Source: Minisyncoccia bacterium (GTDB lineage: Bacteria; Patescibacteriota; Minisyncoccia; Phycocordibacterales; UBA9973). Taken from it: DNA of 64,000 nucleotides. Position 1 is the stretch's first letter; each line of letters opens with the position of its first letter. Location of the stretch: the NCBI GenBank assembly GCA_049287305.1, contig JBAQFO010000012.1, positions 7,113 to 71,112 on the forward strand, read 5' to 3'. A program made the position numbers and the translations under genes. Shown here in pieces: positions 35,731 through 45,665 of the stretch. The notes beneath the pieces are model-generated. The model worked only from the letters and a program-made list of their open reading frames with translations. It searched no databases and was not told the DNA's origin.

Positions 35731-36809
35731 TTTATCTTTTCAATTTTTTCCCAAGGCAGATTTTCTTTTCCGAAGTGTCCGTATGTGGCAGTCTGCGTGA
35801 AGATTGGGGCACGGAGATTTAATTTTTTTATTATTTCGCGCGGGCGGAAATCAAAATTCTTTTTAACAATTTCAGACAAATCCTCACCTTTCTCATTTAT
35901 CGCTTCTATCATGAGCGGTTCCGCCATGCCTATGGCATAAGCCACAGACACTAAAACATCTTTTCCATAACCGGCAGCGACTAAATTTTTCGCCACGAAT
36001 CTGGCCATGTATGCGCCGGAGCGGTCCACCTTGGTTGAATCTTTTCCGGAAAAACATCCTCCGCCGTGGGGAATTATGCCTCCGTAAGTATCCACCATTA
36101 TTTTTCTTCCTGTGAGTCCCGTGTCAGCTTCAAATCCGCCCTGGATGAATTGCCCAGTAGGATTTACTAATATTTTCACTGAGCTCTTTTCCTCCTCTGA
36201 CAAAAGAGGGTAGATAATTTTTTCGGTAATTTCTTTTTTTATTTCTTCCTGGCTAACCTCCGAAGAATGCTGAGTGCTGACAAGCACGGTGTTTAATTTC
36301 CCGTTGGTATAGGTAACTTGTGTTTTGCCGTCGGGGTGAAGCCACTCTACTTCTCCCGCCTTTCTGGCTTCTTCCAAGCGCTTAGATAGTTTGTGGGCAA
36401 GCACGACACCTTTAGGCAAGAATTCGGCTGTTTCATCTGTGGCAAATCCATACATTATTCCTTGGTCACCCGCCCCTCCCGTATCTACTCCCATAGCAAT
36501 CTCGGGAGATTGGGCTACTATGTGCGCTGACACCTCTAGTTTATCTGTATAGCCTATGTTTTTATACACATCTTTTGCAATTTGCACATAGTCTACATTT
36601 GCCCTTGAGGTAACTTCACCCCCTATTACAAGTCTACCGTGCCCCCCAAATGTCTCCACCGCCACCCGGGATTCCGGGTCAAGAGCAAGATAGGCGTCTA
36701 GGATGGCGTCCGATATCTGGTCGCAGACTTTGTCCGGGTGTCCGGAAGTAACACTTTCCACGGTATAGTTGTCGTTATGTTTGTAAAACATTAGATATGA
36801 GTATAGCAT
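35727..36809 (-). CDS. metK: S-adenosylmethionine synthetase
   Basis: TVESVTSGHPDKVCDQISDAILDA. The true start is possibly the internal Met (about 36791). Confidence 0.9.
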   Translation of the reverse strand: MLYSYLMFYKHNDNYTVESVTSGHPDKVCDQISDAILDAYLALDPESRVAVETFGGHGRLVIGGEVTSRANVDYVQIAKDVYKNIGYTDKLEVSAHIVAQSPEIAMGVDTGGAGDQGIMYGFATDETAEFLPKGVVLAHKLSKRLEEARKAGEVEWLHPDGKTQVTYTNGKLNTVLVSTQHSSEVSQEEIKKEITEKIIYPLLSEEEKSSVKILVNPTGQFIQGGFEADTGLTGRKIMVDTYGGIIPHGGGCFSGKDSTKVDRSGAYMARFVAKNLVAAGYGKDVLVSVAYAIGMAEPLMIEAINEKGEDLSEIVKKNFDFRPREIIKKLNLRAPIFTQTATYGHFGKENLPWEKIEKIN

Positions 36810-36865
36810 ATTTGTCCTACCAACCCAGGGCTTGCTATGAGAAATGGAAATGGTATTATTGGTGC

Positions 36866-37222
36866 ATGTTGGATAAGAAAAAAATTAAAGAACAATTGGA
36901 AAAAGAGCGGGATATCCTTCTTGAAGAGATGAAAAACATGGGCAAGTTCAACGAAGAAACGGGGGACTGGGAGACAACACCGGAAGAACAGACTTTCCCT
37001 GAAGCTGACCAGAATGACATGGCCGACAGATTTGAAGACTTTGAAGCCAGGAGCTCAATGATGAAAACTTTGGAGCCGAGGCTTCGCAATATTCTCAAAG
37101 CCCTTAAAAATATCAACCGAGAATCATTCGGCAAATGCGAAGTTTGCAAAAAAGATATTGAAATGGCGCGCCTTGAAGCAAACCCTGCAGCCCGAACCTG
37201 CAAGAAACATTTAGAAGAGTAA
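36866..37222 (+). CDS. DksA/TraR-family C4 zinc-finger protein
   Basis: C-terminal CEVCKKDIEMARLEANPAARTCKKH. Start taken at the internal MLDKKK codon, since the track ORF otherwise overlaps the divergent metK start. Confidence 0.7.
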   Translation: MLDKKKIKEQLEKERDILLEEMKNMGKFNEETGDWETTPEEQTFPEADQNDMADRFEDFEARSSMMKTLEPRLRNILKALKNINRESFGKCEVCKKDIEMARLEANPAARTCKKHLEE

Positions 37223-37242
37223 TCTAACTTAAAACAAGCCTG

Positions 37243-38832
37243 ATGTCCTTTGCAAAAGTATATTCAGCGCAAGTAAATCTTCTCTCGGGGAAAATCGTTA
37301 CTATTGAAGTGGACCTTTCCAAGGGTCTGCACACTTTTAGCCTTGTGGGATTGCCGGATAAGGCCGTGGATGAATCTAAAGACAGAGTAAGCGGAGCGAT
37401 AAAAAATTCCGGATACAAATCTCCGAAAGCCAAGAATCAGAAAATCATAGTTTCTCTTTCTCCCGCGGATTTGAAAAAAGAAGGGCCGTTTTTTGACCTC
37501 GGCATCGCAATTTCTTATTTGAAAGCAGCCGGGGACATAAAATTTGAGGCAGAGAAAAAAATATTCCTCGGAGAGCTGGGGCTGGACGGAACATTGCGGC
37601 GAATCCGCGGAGCGCTGCCGCTGGCGCAGGAGGCCAAGAAAGAAGGCTTTGAAGAAATATATTTACCGAAGGAAAATGCGGAAGAAGCGGCACTGGTGGA
37701 AGGGATAAAAATTTTTGGAGCCGAAAGTTTGGCGGAAGTCGTGGAGCATATAGACGAAACTCCTGCCCGCAATGCTTCTAGCATAGCTAGTGCAGGCGGG
37801 AAAAAACCCGAACAAAAAGAAACAAAGAAAATACACACCCAGCCAAAAACGGAGATTGGATATAAGAAAGAAATAAGCGGGGCCGACTTTTCGGACATTC
37901 GCGGACAAGAAGGCGCCAAAAGGGGCCTTGAAATAGCCGCTGCGGGAGGACACAACATAGCCATGTTCGGACCGCCAGGCACCGGCAAGACCATGCTTGC
38001 CCGAGCATTTTCACAACTACTTCCGGATTTGGCTGTTAATGAAGTGCTGGAACTTACAGGAATTCATTCGGTGGCGGGAAGCACTCAAGGCAATCTGGTG
38101 TGCTTCCCGCCGTTCCGTGCTCCGCATCACACTTCGTCTTATGTTTCTATTATCGGGGGAGGAGCGTATCCGAAACCCGGAGAAGTAACTTTGGCGCATA
38201 GAGGGGTTTTGTTTTTGGACGAATTTCCTGAATTTGAAAAAAGAGTAATTGAATCTTTAAGGCAGCCACTTGAGGATAATATTGTTTCCATATCTCGTGC
38301 TCGGGGGACGGCGGTCTTTCCTTCCAATTTTATACTTGTAGCAGCGATGAACCCCTGTCCTTGTGGGAATGCTGGCAATAAGCAAAAAGCCTGCATTTGC
38401 AAACCTTCTGATTTAGATAGATACAAAAGAAAACTCTCGGGTCCGATTGTGGACCGAATTGACCTCTGGGTTTCAGTAGGCAACGTTGACTACAAGAAGC
38501 TCGGAGAAAAGGGGAACGGAGAGCATAGTGAAAAAATAAAAGAAAGAATAGATAAAGCTCGACAGGTCCAAAGTGAGCGATTTAAAAGATTCGGGAAAAA
38601 AATTACAACTAACAGCGAAATGAGTGTTAAGGATTTGGAAAACATGGTGAAGCTGGATTCAAAAGTTAGAGACCTTTTGGACCAAAGCGCCGAGAGCCTA
38701 AGCTTGTCTGCTCGCGCGTATCATAGAGTTATAAAAATCGCCCGCACCATCGCCGACCTGGAAGGAGCGGAAAACGTGGGCGCCAATCATATATTAGAGG
38801 CTATTCAATACAGGCCGAAAGTGAATTCATAG
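37243..38832 (+). CDS. comM: ComM/YifB-family Mg-chelatase-like ATPase
   Basis: N-terminal Lon-protease-like domain, Walker A GPPGTGKT, and a C-terminal ChlI-like region. Confidence 0.85.
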   Translation: MSFAKVYSAQVNLLSGKIVTIEVDLSKGLHTFSLVGLPDKAVDESKDRVSGAIKNSGYKSPKAKNQKIIVSLSPADLKKEGPFFDLGIAISYLKAAGDIKFEAEKKIFLGELGLDGTLRRIRGALPLAQEAKKEGFEEIYLPKENAEEAALVEGIKIFGAESLAEVVEHIDETPARNASSIASAGGKKPEQKETKKIHTQPKTEIGYKKEISGADFSDIRGQEGAKRGLEIAAAGGHNIAMFGPPGTGKTMLARAFSQLLPDLAVNEVLELTGIHSVAGSTQGNLVCFPPFRAPHHTSSYVSIIGGGAYPKPGEVTLAHRGVLFLDEFPEFEKRVIESLRQPLEDNIVSISRARGTAVFPSNFILVAAMNPCPCGNAGNKQKACICKPSDLDRYKRKLSGPIVDRIDLWVSVGNVDYKKLGEKGNGEHSEKIKERIDKARQVQSERFKRFGKKITTNSEMSVKDLENMVKLDSKVRDLLDQSAESLSLSARAYHRVIKIARTIADLEGAENVGANHILEAIQYRPKVNS

Positions 38833-38851
38833 TTATCCACAGGCAAGTTGT

Positions 38852-38881
38852 TGACAAGTGAACGCTCGTTCACTTATACTA
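38852..38881 (+). promoter_or_regulatory. Sigma70-like promoter with embedded perfect LexA (Cheo-type) box
   Basis: TTGACA-[aGTGAACGCTCGTTCACt]-TATACT. The 18-nt spacer is a perfect palindrome containing GAAC-N4-GTTC. Confidence 0.6.
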
Positions 38882-38929
38882 TTTACATGACCAAGTCGCG
38901 GGTCAAATTAGTAAATTAAAGACAAAGTT

Positions 38930-39130
38930 ATGAGCCAATCACAATATTTAAAGATGCTGGAGAGGGAGATACAGAAGATCAATAAGAAAATTGATTTGAA
39001 GATACTCCAAGGAGAGAATTATCTAAAAGAGGCGAGGGAACACAAGCTTCTCTTAAAGAAGGTTCGCTACCACACGAAGGGGAGCTTGCTTAGCAAATTT
39101 TTTCCTACTTTTACAAAATTTTCTTTCTAA
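38930..39130 (+). CDS. Small Lys-rich helical protein co-transcribed with lexA
   Basis: 66-aa ORF ending 1 nt before the lexA start. Lies downstream of the LexA-box promoter. Confidence 0.5.
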   Translation: MSQSQYLKMLEREIQKINKKIDLKILQGENYLKEAREHKLLLKKVRYHTKGSLLSKFFPTFTKFSF

Positions 39131-39697
39131 ATGAAGAATCTTCACCAGATAAAAATAGAATCTTTCTACGGCGAGAATAAGAGGATGCCGACGTATTCCG
39201 AGATGATGAAGCTCTTCGGCTTCAAGTCCAAGAATGCGGTTTTTAAAGTTGTAGAAAAGCTCCTGGATGCTGGACTAGTAGCTAAGGACCACTTGGGCAG
39301 ACTCGTGCCATCCGAAACATTCGGCGAAGTGCCTATGCTTGGGTTCGTGACTGCTGGGTTCCCAGCAACAGTGGAGGAAGAAATGGCAGATACGGTCAAC
39401 CTGGACGATATGCTTATAAAAAACAAACCGCTTACTTATATGCTGGAGGTTGACGGCGACTCAATGATAGAGGCGCACATAGAAAAAGGGGATATGGTTC
39501 TCGTTGAGAAATGCAACAATGCCAAAGATGGGGATATTGTGATTGCGGAAGTTGACGGAGAATTTACGATGAAATATTTTAAAAAAAGGGGCGACAAAGC
39601 ATGGCTTGAACCAGCGAATAAAAATTATAAGCCTATATATCCGGAGCACTCTTTAAATATAAATGCGGTAGTAAAAGCGGTGATTAGGAAATACTGA
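39131..39697 (+). CDS. lexA: LexA repressor
   Basis: N-terminal wHTH plus the S24 peptidase domain VDGDSMIEAHIEKGDMVLV with catalytic Ser/Lys (TMKYF). Confidence 0.85.
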   Translation: MKNLHQIKIESFYGENKRMPTYSEMMKLFGFKSKNAVFKVVEKLLDAGLVAKDHLGRLVPSETFGEVPMLGFVTAGFPATVEEEMADTVNLDDMLIKNKPLTYMLEVDGDSMIEAHIEKGDMVLVEKCNNAKDGDIVIAEVDGEFTMKYFKKRGDKAWLEPANKNYKPIYPEHSLNINAVVKAVIRKY

Positions 39698-40229
39698 GAG
39701 AATCAAAATTGCCAAACATAAAGTCCAAAATACAGCATATAATATAAAACCCTCCTCCAGCAATAACAGTCCACATCAAAGGTCCAGTTAATTTTCCTGT
39801 AATTAAATTCCAGGCACATATGGTGCTCGTTGTAACTCCGGCAAAAAAATATATAAAATGAATAGCACCTATCCAGCTAATCCTACCCGTAGAGGGGAAA
39901 CCCATGTCTGGTTTATGTTTTACTCGAAGACATATTTTTGCAAAAAGCAGGGTACTTACAGCTCCGATGACGAGTGAATAAATCCACTGATATGCACTTA
40001 CATATCCGCTGACTGTTAAATGAGCAAAACCTATGGCTATGGAGGAAATTCCCAAGATGTCTCCGTAAGTCAGGGTGTAAAAATCCTGCATATAAAGAAA
40101 CTTCTGGCGAGTGTTGGTGATAATAGAACGACGCGGTGGTAAGTTTCTGTCTAATCTCTGAGATATGTACATAGTTCCTATATAAAACAAATTTATTGCT
40201 ACCGCGAAAAACTCCCAAAAAAATTTCAT
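39684..40229 (-). CDS. Hypothetical polytopic membrane protein
   Basis: 181 aa with 5 to 6 TM segments. Confidence 0.5.
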   Translation of the reverse strand: MKFFWEFFAVAINLFYIGTMYISQRLDRNLPPRRSIITNTRQKFLYMQDFYTLTYGDILGISSIAIGFAHLTVSGYVSAYQWIYSLVIGAVSTLLFAKICLRVKHKPDMGFPSTGRISWIGAIHFIYFFAGVTTSTICAWNLITGKLTGPLMWTVIAGGGFYIICCILDFMFGNFDSLSIS

Positions 40230-40269
40230 GGCTAGATTATAGCATTTAAGGCTATTTCTGTAATTAAAT

Positions 40270-40296
40270 AAAAAAGTCCCCAGAAGGGACTTTTTT
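40270..40296. terminator. Bidirectional intrinsic terminator
   Basis: agtccc-cagaa-gggact flanked by an A-run upstream and a T-run downstream. Lies between hup and the convergent membrane-protein gene. Confidence 0.6.
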
Positions 40297-40316
40297 ATTT
40301 AATCTCGAGATTAATA

Positions 40317-40589
40317 TTACGCAACCATATCTTTCAAACCTTTTGCAGGTCGGAATTTTGGCACTTTCTTCGCGGCTACTTTAACTTGCTCTCCAGTCTT
40401 TGGATTGCGAGCCATTCTTGCTGCGCGAGCTTTTACTGAGAAGATTCCGAAGCCAGCTATTGATACTTCCTGTCCTTTCTTTAAGGTTCCAATGATAGCA
40501 TCAAACATTCCGTCTACGAGTTCTTCAGCTTGAACCTTCGTTCCTCCTAATTTTCCGTGGACCCATTCAGCTAATGCTTGTTTATTCAT
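40317..40589 (-). CDS. hup: DNA-binding protein HU
   Basis: 90 aa with the characteristic GFGIFSVKARAARMARNPKTGE arm. Confidence 0.9.
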   Translation of the reverse strand: MNKQALAEWVHGKLGGTKVQAEELVDGMFDAIIGTLKKGQEVSIAGFGIFSVKARAARMARNPKTGEQVKVAAKKVPKFRPAKGLKDMVA

Positions 40590-40720
40590 ATTGTTTTAAA
40601 TTATTTTTATAATTCTTTCGACCGGACCCCCTAAACGGGAGCTGTTTTAACCTTATAATTACTCTCTATACATTATATATCAAGGGTTTTTTTAGGCAAG
40701 GGAACGATAAATTTTGTAAA

Positions 40721-40820
40721 ATACCTACTTTTTTCGGGTACGGATTTTTTGAAGATTAAAAAATCCTGAAATTTGCTCGCCGTCGCTCGCAAAACCCCCT
40801 TCAAAAGTAGTATTTTAAGA
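40721..40820 (+). repeat. IR-enclosed conserved core element, copy 2
   Basis: aaaatacctactttt ... aaaagtagtatttt encloses the core tacgGATTTTTTGAAGaTTAAAAAATCCTGAAaTT..GCTCGCCGTCGCTCGCAAAACCCCC, which is about 80% identical to the core at 28517-28573. Confidence 0.45.
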
Positions 40821-40822
40821 AT

Positions 40823-42349
40823 TTATCTAGCGTATTCCACGATTCGGGTCTCACGGATCATGGTCACCTTGATTTCTCCGGGATACTTTAGTTCTTGTTC
40901 AATTTTTATAGCGATATCGCGGGCCATAAGCTTGGCTTCGGCGTCGGAAATTTTCTCCGGAGTAACGAATATTCTGATTTCGCGTCCTGCTTGGAGGGCG
41001 TATGATTTCTCCACAGCAGGGAAGGTGTTTACTAAAGCTTCAAGCTCTTGCAGTCTCTTTAAGTAATTTTCCACCGAGTCTCGTCGGGCGCCCGGACGGC
41101 CTCCCGAAATAGCGTCGGCAGTCTGAACTATTATGGATTCAATTGTTTCGTAAGGATAATCTTCGTGATGGGATTTCATGGCGGTAACAATGCGTTCGTC
41201 TGCTCCGAATTTCTGAAGGATTCTCATACCTATTTCTACGTGGGTGCCCTGAACTTCATGGTCTAGAGCCTTTCCTATGTCGTGAACCAGAGCTCCGGCC
41301 TTGGCGATAGCCACATCCGCGCCCAGTTCTTCGGCAATCATTCCGGCGATGTGAGCCATTTCAATTGAGTGCTGTAGAACATTTTGCCCGTAACTTGTTC
41401 GGAAATATAATCGTCCGATAATAGCTATGATACGAGGGTCAAAATTGAAGATTCCGCATTCGTATACGGCTTGTTCTCCTTTTTCTTTTATTATTTTATT
41501 TATTTCTTCCTTGGCTTTCTCCACCAACTCTTCAATCTTTGCGGGTTGAATGCGTCCGTCCAATATCAGGTTTTCAAGCGCCAAGCGAGCAACTTGTCTC
41601 CTTATCGGGTCAAAGGAGGAAATAACTATTGAGCCAGGAGTATCATCCACAATGAGCTCAACTCCGGCGGCTCTTTCAAAGGCGCGAATGTTTCGTCCCT
41701 CTTTTCCGATAATTTTGCCTTTGATTTCGTTGTTCGGGATGGATACGACGGTGGTCATAAGTTCGGAGGCAGTAGAGGCGGCCAAGCGCTGAATGGATGT
41801 GGCCAAAATGTCTTTTGCTCTCCGGTCCAGTTTTTCTTCGTTGGAATTTTCCAATTTCTGAATTCGGACCATTATGTCTTCTTCGTATTTTTTCTCAACA
41901 TCCCGTAGGAGCTCTTCTTTTGCCTCGTCTTGAGTCAATCTTGCTACTCGCTCAAGTTCCGTCCTTTTCTCATCTTCAATTCTTAATACTTTTTCCTGTA
42001 TCTTCTTTACCTCTTCAATGCGGAGCTTTATCTCTTCCGCTTCCTTGTTTACTTCCACCTGACGCGCGTCCAAAAACTCATCTTTCTTTATGAGTCTTTT
42101 TTCCGTATCTCTCCATTCTTGCTCTTTCTTCTTCTCCTCTGTTTTTAAGTTTCCAAGCAATTCGTCCGACTTTTTCTTCGCTTCGTCCGTGATCCTTTGC
42201 GCCTCTTCCTTGGCGCCAACTATCATCTGCTTGATGTCTATCTCAATAGACCTTTTCTTTCCGAGTGCAACCAATAGGCGCAGATAGTATCCGACTATCA
42301 TACCTAAAAGGAGCACTCCGACTCCGACTAGAATTATTATTATGCTCAT
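40823..42349 (-). CDS. rny: Ribonuclease Y
   Basis: N-terminal TM segment, long coiled coil, KH domain and HD domain (HDIGK). Confidence 0.9.
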   Translation of the reverse strand: MSIIIILVGVGVLLLGMIVGYYLRLLVALGKKRSIEIDIKQMIVGAKEEAQRITDEAKKKSDELLGNLKTEEKKKEQEWRDTEKRLIKKDEFLDARQVEVNKEAEEIKLRIEEVKKIQEKVLRIEDEKRTELERVARLTQDEAKEELLRDVEKKYEEDIMVRIQKLENSNEEKLDRRAKDILATSIQRLAASTASELMTTVVSIPNNEIKGKIIGKEGRNIRAFERAAGVELIVDDTPGSIVISSFDPIRRQVARLALENLILDGRIQPAKIEELVEKAKEEINKIIKEKGEQAVYECGIFNFDPRIIAIIGRLYFRTSYGQNVLQHSIEMAHIAGMIAEELGADVAIAKAGALVHDIGKALDHEVQGTHVEIGMRILQKFGADERIVTAMKSHHEDYPYETIESIIVQTADAISGGRPGARRDSVENYLKRLQELEALVNTFPAVEKSYALQAGREIRIFVTPEKISDAEAKLMARDIAIKIEQELKYPGEIKVTMIRETRIVEYAR

Positions 42350-42539
42350 AAGCTTTGCTTCAGCTTACAAGAACAAGCCACTATATTTGCGGTTTTTCCT
42401 TCGCAACGTTCAAGATTTGAGATTCTCCTGTTATCTTTTCTTTTGAAAACTTCATAATATATGGGATATTCCTGTGAACCAAATGAAATAAATTTTTAAA
42501 ATTCAACAGGATTAGTATACCAAATTAAAAGACTTATGT

Positions 42540-43145
42540 CTAGTTTGGGATTTTTGGAGAGGGAGTTTTGGACTTAGTCACTATTTCATCCACGATTCCG
42601 TATTTTTTCGCTTCTTCCGCGTCCATGAAAAAGTCTCTTTCCACGTCTTTTTCAATCTGGGCGAGAGTCTTGCCCGTATTTTTAGCCAAAAGCTTGTTTA
42701 AGTTATCGCGAGTCTTCAAAATATGCTTGGCGGTGATGGCAATGTCTGTTGCCTGGCCTTCCACGCCTCCGAGAGGCTGATGAATCATTATTTCGGCGTT
42801 CGGTAAAATGAAACGTTTGCCCTTCTTTCCTGAAGACATTATTATCGCGGCGCCTGAAGCAGCGAGGCCGACACAAAAGGTAGAAATGTCCGGACGAACG
42901 TGGTTCATGGTGTCCACTATAGCCATAGTGGAAGTAACGGAACCCCCCGGGGAATTGATGTAAAGGTAAATGTCCTTCTTGGCGTCTTCGGATTCAAGGA
43001 AAAGAAGCTGGGCTATAACTATATTGGCGGTGTGGTCATCTATTGGACCTGCCAAAAATACTATTCGCTCCCGCAAAAGGCGGGAATAAATATCATAAGC
43101 GCGTTCTCCGAATTGAGACTTTTCTATAACTGTTGGGATTAACAT
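42540..43145 (-). CDS. clpP: ATP-dependent Clp protease proteolytic subunit
   Basis: Ser-His-Asp triad context [10 protein letters not shown] and MIHQPLGG. Confidence 0.9.
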   Translation of the reverse strand: MLIPTVIEKSQFGERAYDIYSRLLRERIVFLAGPIDDHTANIVIAQLLFLESEDAKKDIYLYINSPGGSVTSTMAIVDTMNHVRPDISTFCVGLAASGAAIIMSSGKKGKRFILPNAEIMIHQPLGGVEGQATDIAITAKHILKTRDNLNKLLAKNTGKTLAQIEKDVERDFFMDAEEAKKYGIVDEIVTKSKTPSPKIPN

Positions 43146-43396
43146 CCTTCTATAATATACCCATTTGGGGATTTTTCAAGTTTGAGAAAATTCGGTGTTT
43201 TTCCCCAGCTTGCATATACTTTTTAAAGTGATAACATTCTACACAATGCCATTTATGCAAAAAAAGCCGAGCGCCAAACACACCCCGCTAGATTGTATTT
43301 TCACTTTTTATATTTCTATTAACAAAGCCCCTGTCGGGGTTATTTTTTTGCCCGCCTGCAACGTTATGCGTAGCATTTCGGGCAGGCCAAAATTAT

Positions 43397-44626
43397 ATGT
43401 TTAGTATTGAAGGTATTGTCGCGAATACGGGGGAAAGAAGCCGGGTTGAAATAACCAATGGCTTGATTGAAAAAGTTTGCCAACCGACAGGGATGGCGGA
43501 CGTGGTTCTAAAAGATGAATTAATTTTCCCAGGCTTCGTAGACCTGCATGTGCATGCGAGAGAAGACACTACTCATCGGGACGATTACAAAGAAGATTTT
43601 ATTACCGCAGGGGAAGCAGCCGTAAATGGCGGAGTGGTGGCTTTTGCCGAGATGCCAAACAATCCGATGCCTCCGGTGGACGACGCAAGCTACGAAGTAA
43701 AAAAAGAGTTAACGCAAAAATGCATAGTAACCGTTTTGCCGTATGCGCTTATAGAAGAGGGAACAAAGGCTCTTTCAAAAAAAGTTCCATACAAAGCGGT
43801 GTTGGGCACAGGATTTGCTAACCATAGATTTTTTTCCGCTTACGAAGACCTTGATGCCGGTCTTGCGTATTACAGGGGAGAGTTTGTGAGTTTTCATTGT
43901 GAAGACCCGAAAATTTTAACGGAATACGCACATCATCACATGCATGAAGACCAGCGACCGCATGTCTCAGAGACTACGGCGGTAGATGTGGTTTTGCCGT
44001 TAATAAAGAAACACGGACTCCATGGAAAAATTTGTCACTGCTCCACCATGCGTGGAGTGGAAATGGTTTTGGGCGCCAAGCAAGAGGGAGTTGATGTCAC
44101 AATAGAAGTTTCTCCGCACCATCTCTACTTTGATACAAGTATGCTCACCGAAGAAACACGAAAGATGATGCAAGTTAACCCACCCATTCGTCACACCAAG
44201 GAGAATCGCCTCGCTCTTATTGATGCCCTTCGTCGTGGAGATATTGATTACCTCGCCACAGACCATGCGCCACACTCTGTTGAGGATAAGGAAAAAGGAA
44301 TTTCTGGAATGCCCGAGCTTGATACCTATGGACCCTTTGTAACTTGGTTAATTAAAGAACACAACTTTAGCTCGCAACAAGTCATACGAGTGTGCTCATA
44401 TAATCCAGGCAGATTCATGGGAGAATTTTTAGATGAAAAATATGGAGAAATAGAAGGGGGGTATGTGGGTTCGTTTACGATAATAGATATGAATAGGCCG
44501 ACAAAAATTACAAAAAATATTTTGAAAACAAAATGCGGCTGGTCGCCTTTTGAAGGAGTAACTTTTCCGGGGAGCGTGGTGATGACGATTGTAAAAGGTA
44601 AAATTTTAAAAAATGAAATCCAATAA
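43397..44626 (+). CDS. pyrC: Dihydroorotase (amidohydrolase family)
   Basis: GFVDLHVHAREDT metal-binding motif. Sits in a pyr-gene cluster. Confidence 0.8.
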   Translation: MFSIEGIVANTGERSRVEITNGLIEKVCQPTGMADVVLKDELIFPGFVDLHVHAREDTTHRDDYKEDFITAGEAAVNGGVVAFAEMPNNPMPPVDDASYEVKKELTQKCIVTVLPYALIEEGTKALSKKVPYKAVLGTGFANHRFFSAYEDLDAGLAYYRGEFVSFHCEDPKILTEYAHHHMHEDQRPHVSETTAVDVVLPLIKKHGLHGKICHCSTMRGVEMVLGAKQEGVDVTIEVSPHHLYFDTSMLTEETRKMMQVNPPIRHTKENRLALIDALRRGDIDYLATDHAPHSVEDKEKGISGMPELDTYGPFVTWLIKEHNFSSQQVIRVCSYNPGRFMGEFLDEKYGEIEGGYVGSFTIIDMNRPTKITKNILKTKCGWSPFEGVTFPGSVVMTIVKGKILKNEIQ

Positions 44627-45665
44627 TCCAAAATTAATTTTTAAAGACGGGACTATTTTTGAAGGTAAAAGCTTCGGAGCTCCGCAGTCAGTCGCGGGAG
44701 AAGTTGTTTTTGCCACCGGGATGGTGGGATATCCGGAAGCGCTAACCGATCCCTCTTTCCGCGGGCAGATACTAGTAATGACATATCCCTTAATTGGGAA
44801 CTACGGTGTGCCGAAAAAAGAATTATTAGAGTCGGGGGAAATTCAAGTTGCGGGACTGATAGTTTGCAATTATGTAAATACTCCATCGCACCACGCAAAT
44901 GAAATTACTCTGGCGGAATGGTTTAAGCAAGAAGACGTTCCGTTAATTGAAATTAAAGATACCCGGGCGCTCACGGAAAAATTGCGAGATGAAGGCGCAT
45001 CCTTGGGGAAAATAATCATCGGTGGAAAGAACGTAGCCTTTGAAGACCCAAATAAAAGAAATCTGGCGGGAGAGGTGAGCGTCAAAGAAGTTGTTTCTTT
45101 TGGCAAAGGTAAAGAAACCATCGTTCTCATAGATTGTGGAGCGAAGAGAAACATTGTCCGGAGTCTGGTGGCACGCGGGCTTCATGTTGTCGTTGTTCCA
45201 TGGAACACCGATGTTACGAAACTAGACTTTTCTTTTAGCGGAGTTGTTATTTCCAATGGTCCTGGAGACCCGAAAAAAGTTGAAGCTACTATCAAGAATG
45301 TGAAAAAAATTATAAATAAAAAAATTCCGACACTGGGAATTTGTTTGGGAAACCAAATTTTGACTCTTGCGCTGGGTGGAACAACTTACAAAATGAAATT
45401 CGGGCATAGGAGCCAGAATCAGCCGGTGGTGGAAGCGGGGACGAATAAGTGTTATTTAACAACACAAAATCATGGTTTTGCAGTTAAACAGACCCCGAAA
45501 GATTTTGTGGAATGGTTCCACAATGCCAATGACAATACGAATGAAGGGATTATCCACAAGTCACTTCCTTTCATGTCGGTGCAGTTTCATCCCGAGAGTT
45601 CCCCGGGGCCGCTGGATACGGATTGGATTTTTGATTACTTCCTAAAGAAAACAAAAATAAAATGA
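44613..45665 (+). CDS. carA: Carbamoyl-phosphate synthase small subunit
   Basis: Glutamine amidotransferase motifs GICLGNQIL and HPES. Confidence 0.9.
   Translation: MKSNNPKLIFKDGTIFEGKSFGAPQSVAGEVVFATGMVGYPEALTDPSFRGQILVMTYPLIGNYGVPKKELLESGEIQVAGLIVCNYVNTPSHHANEITLAEWFKQEDVPLIEIKDTRALTEKLRDEGASLGKIIIGGKNVAFEDPNKRNLAGEVSVKEVVSFGKGKETIVLIDCGAKRNIVRSLVARGLHVVVVPWNTDVTKLDFSFSGVVISNGPGDPKKVEATIKNVKKIINKKIPTLGICLGNQILTLALGGTTYKMKFGHRSQNQPVVEAGTNKCYLTTQNHGFAVKQTPKDFVEWFHNANDNTNEGIIHKSLPFMSVQFHPESSPGPLDTDWIFDYFLKKTKIK

Noticed and set aside
36797-36865. Upstream extension of the DksA/TraR ORF
   Set aside because: The extension (MSIAYLSYQPRACYEKWKWYYWC) overlaps the divergent metK start and is not part of the DksA/TraR fold. 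The internal Met gives a normal-length protein.
43195-43404. 69-aa ORF in the clpP-pyrC intergenic region
   Set aside because: No ribosome-binding site or motif, and it overlaps the likely promoter/leader hairpins of pyrC.
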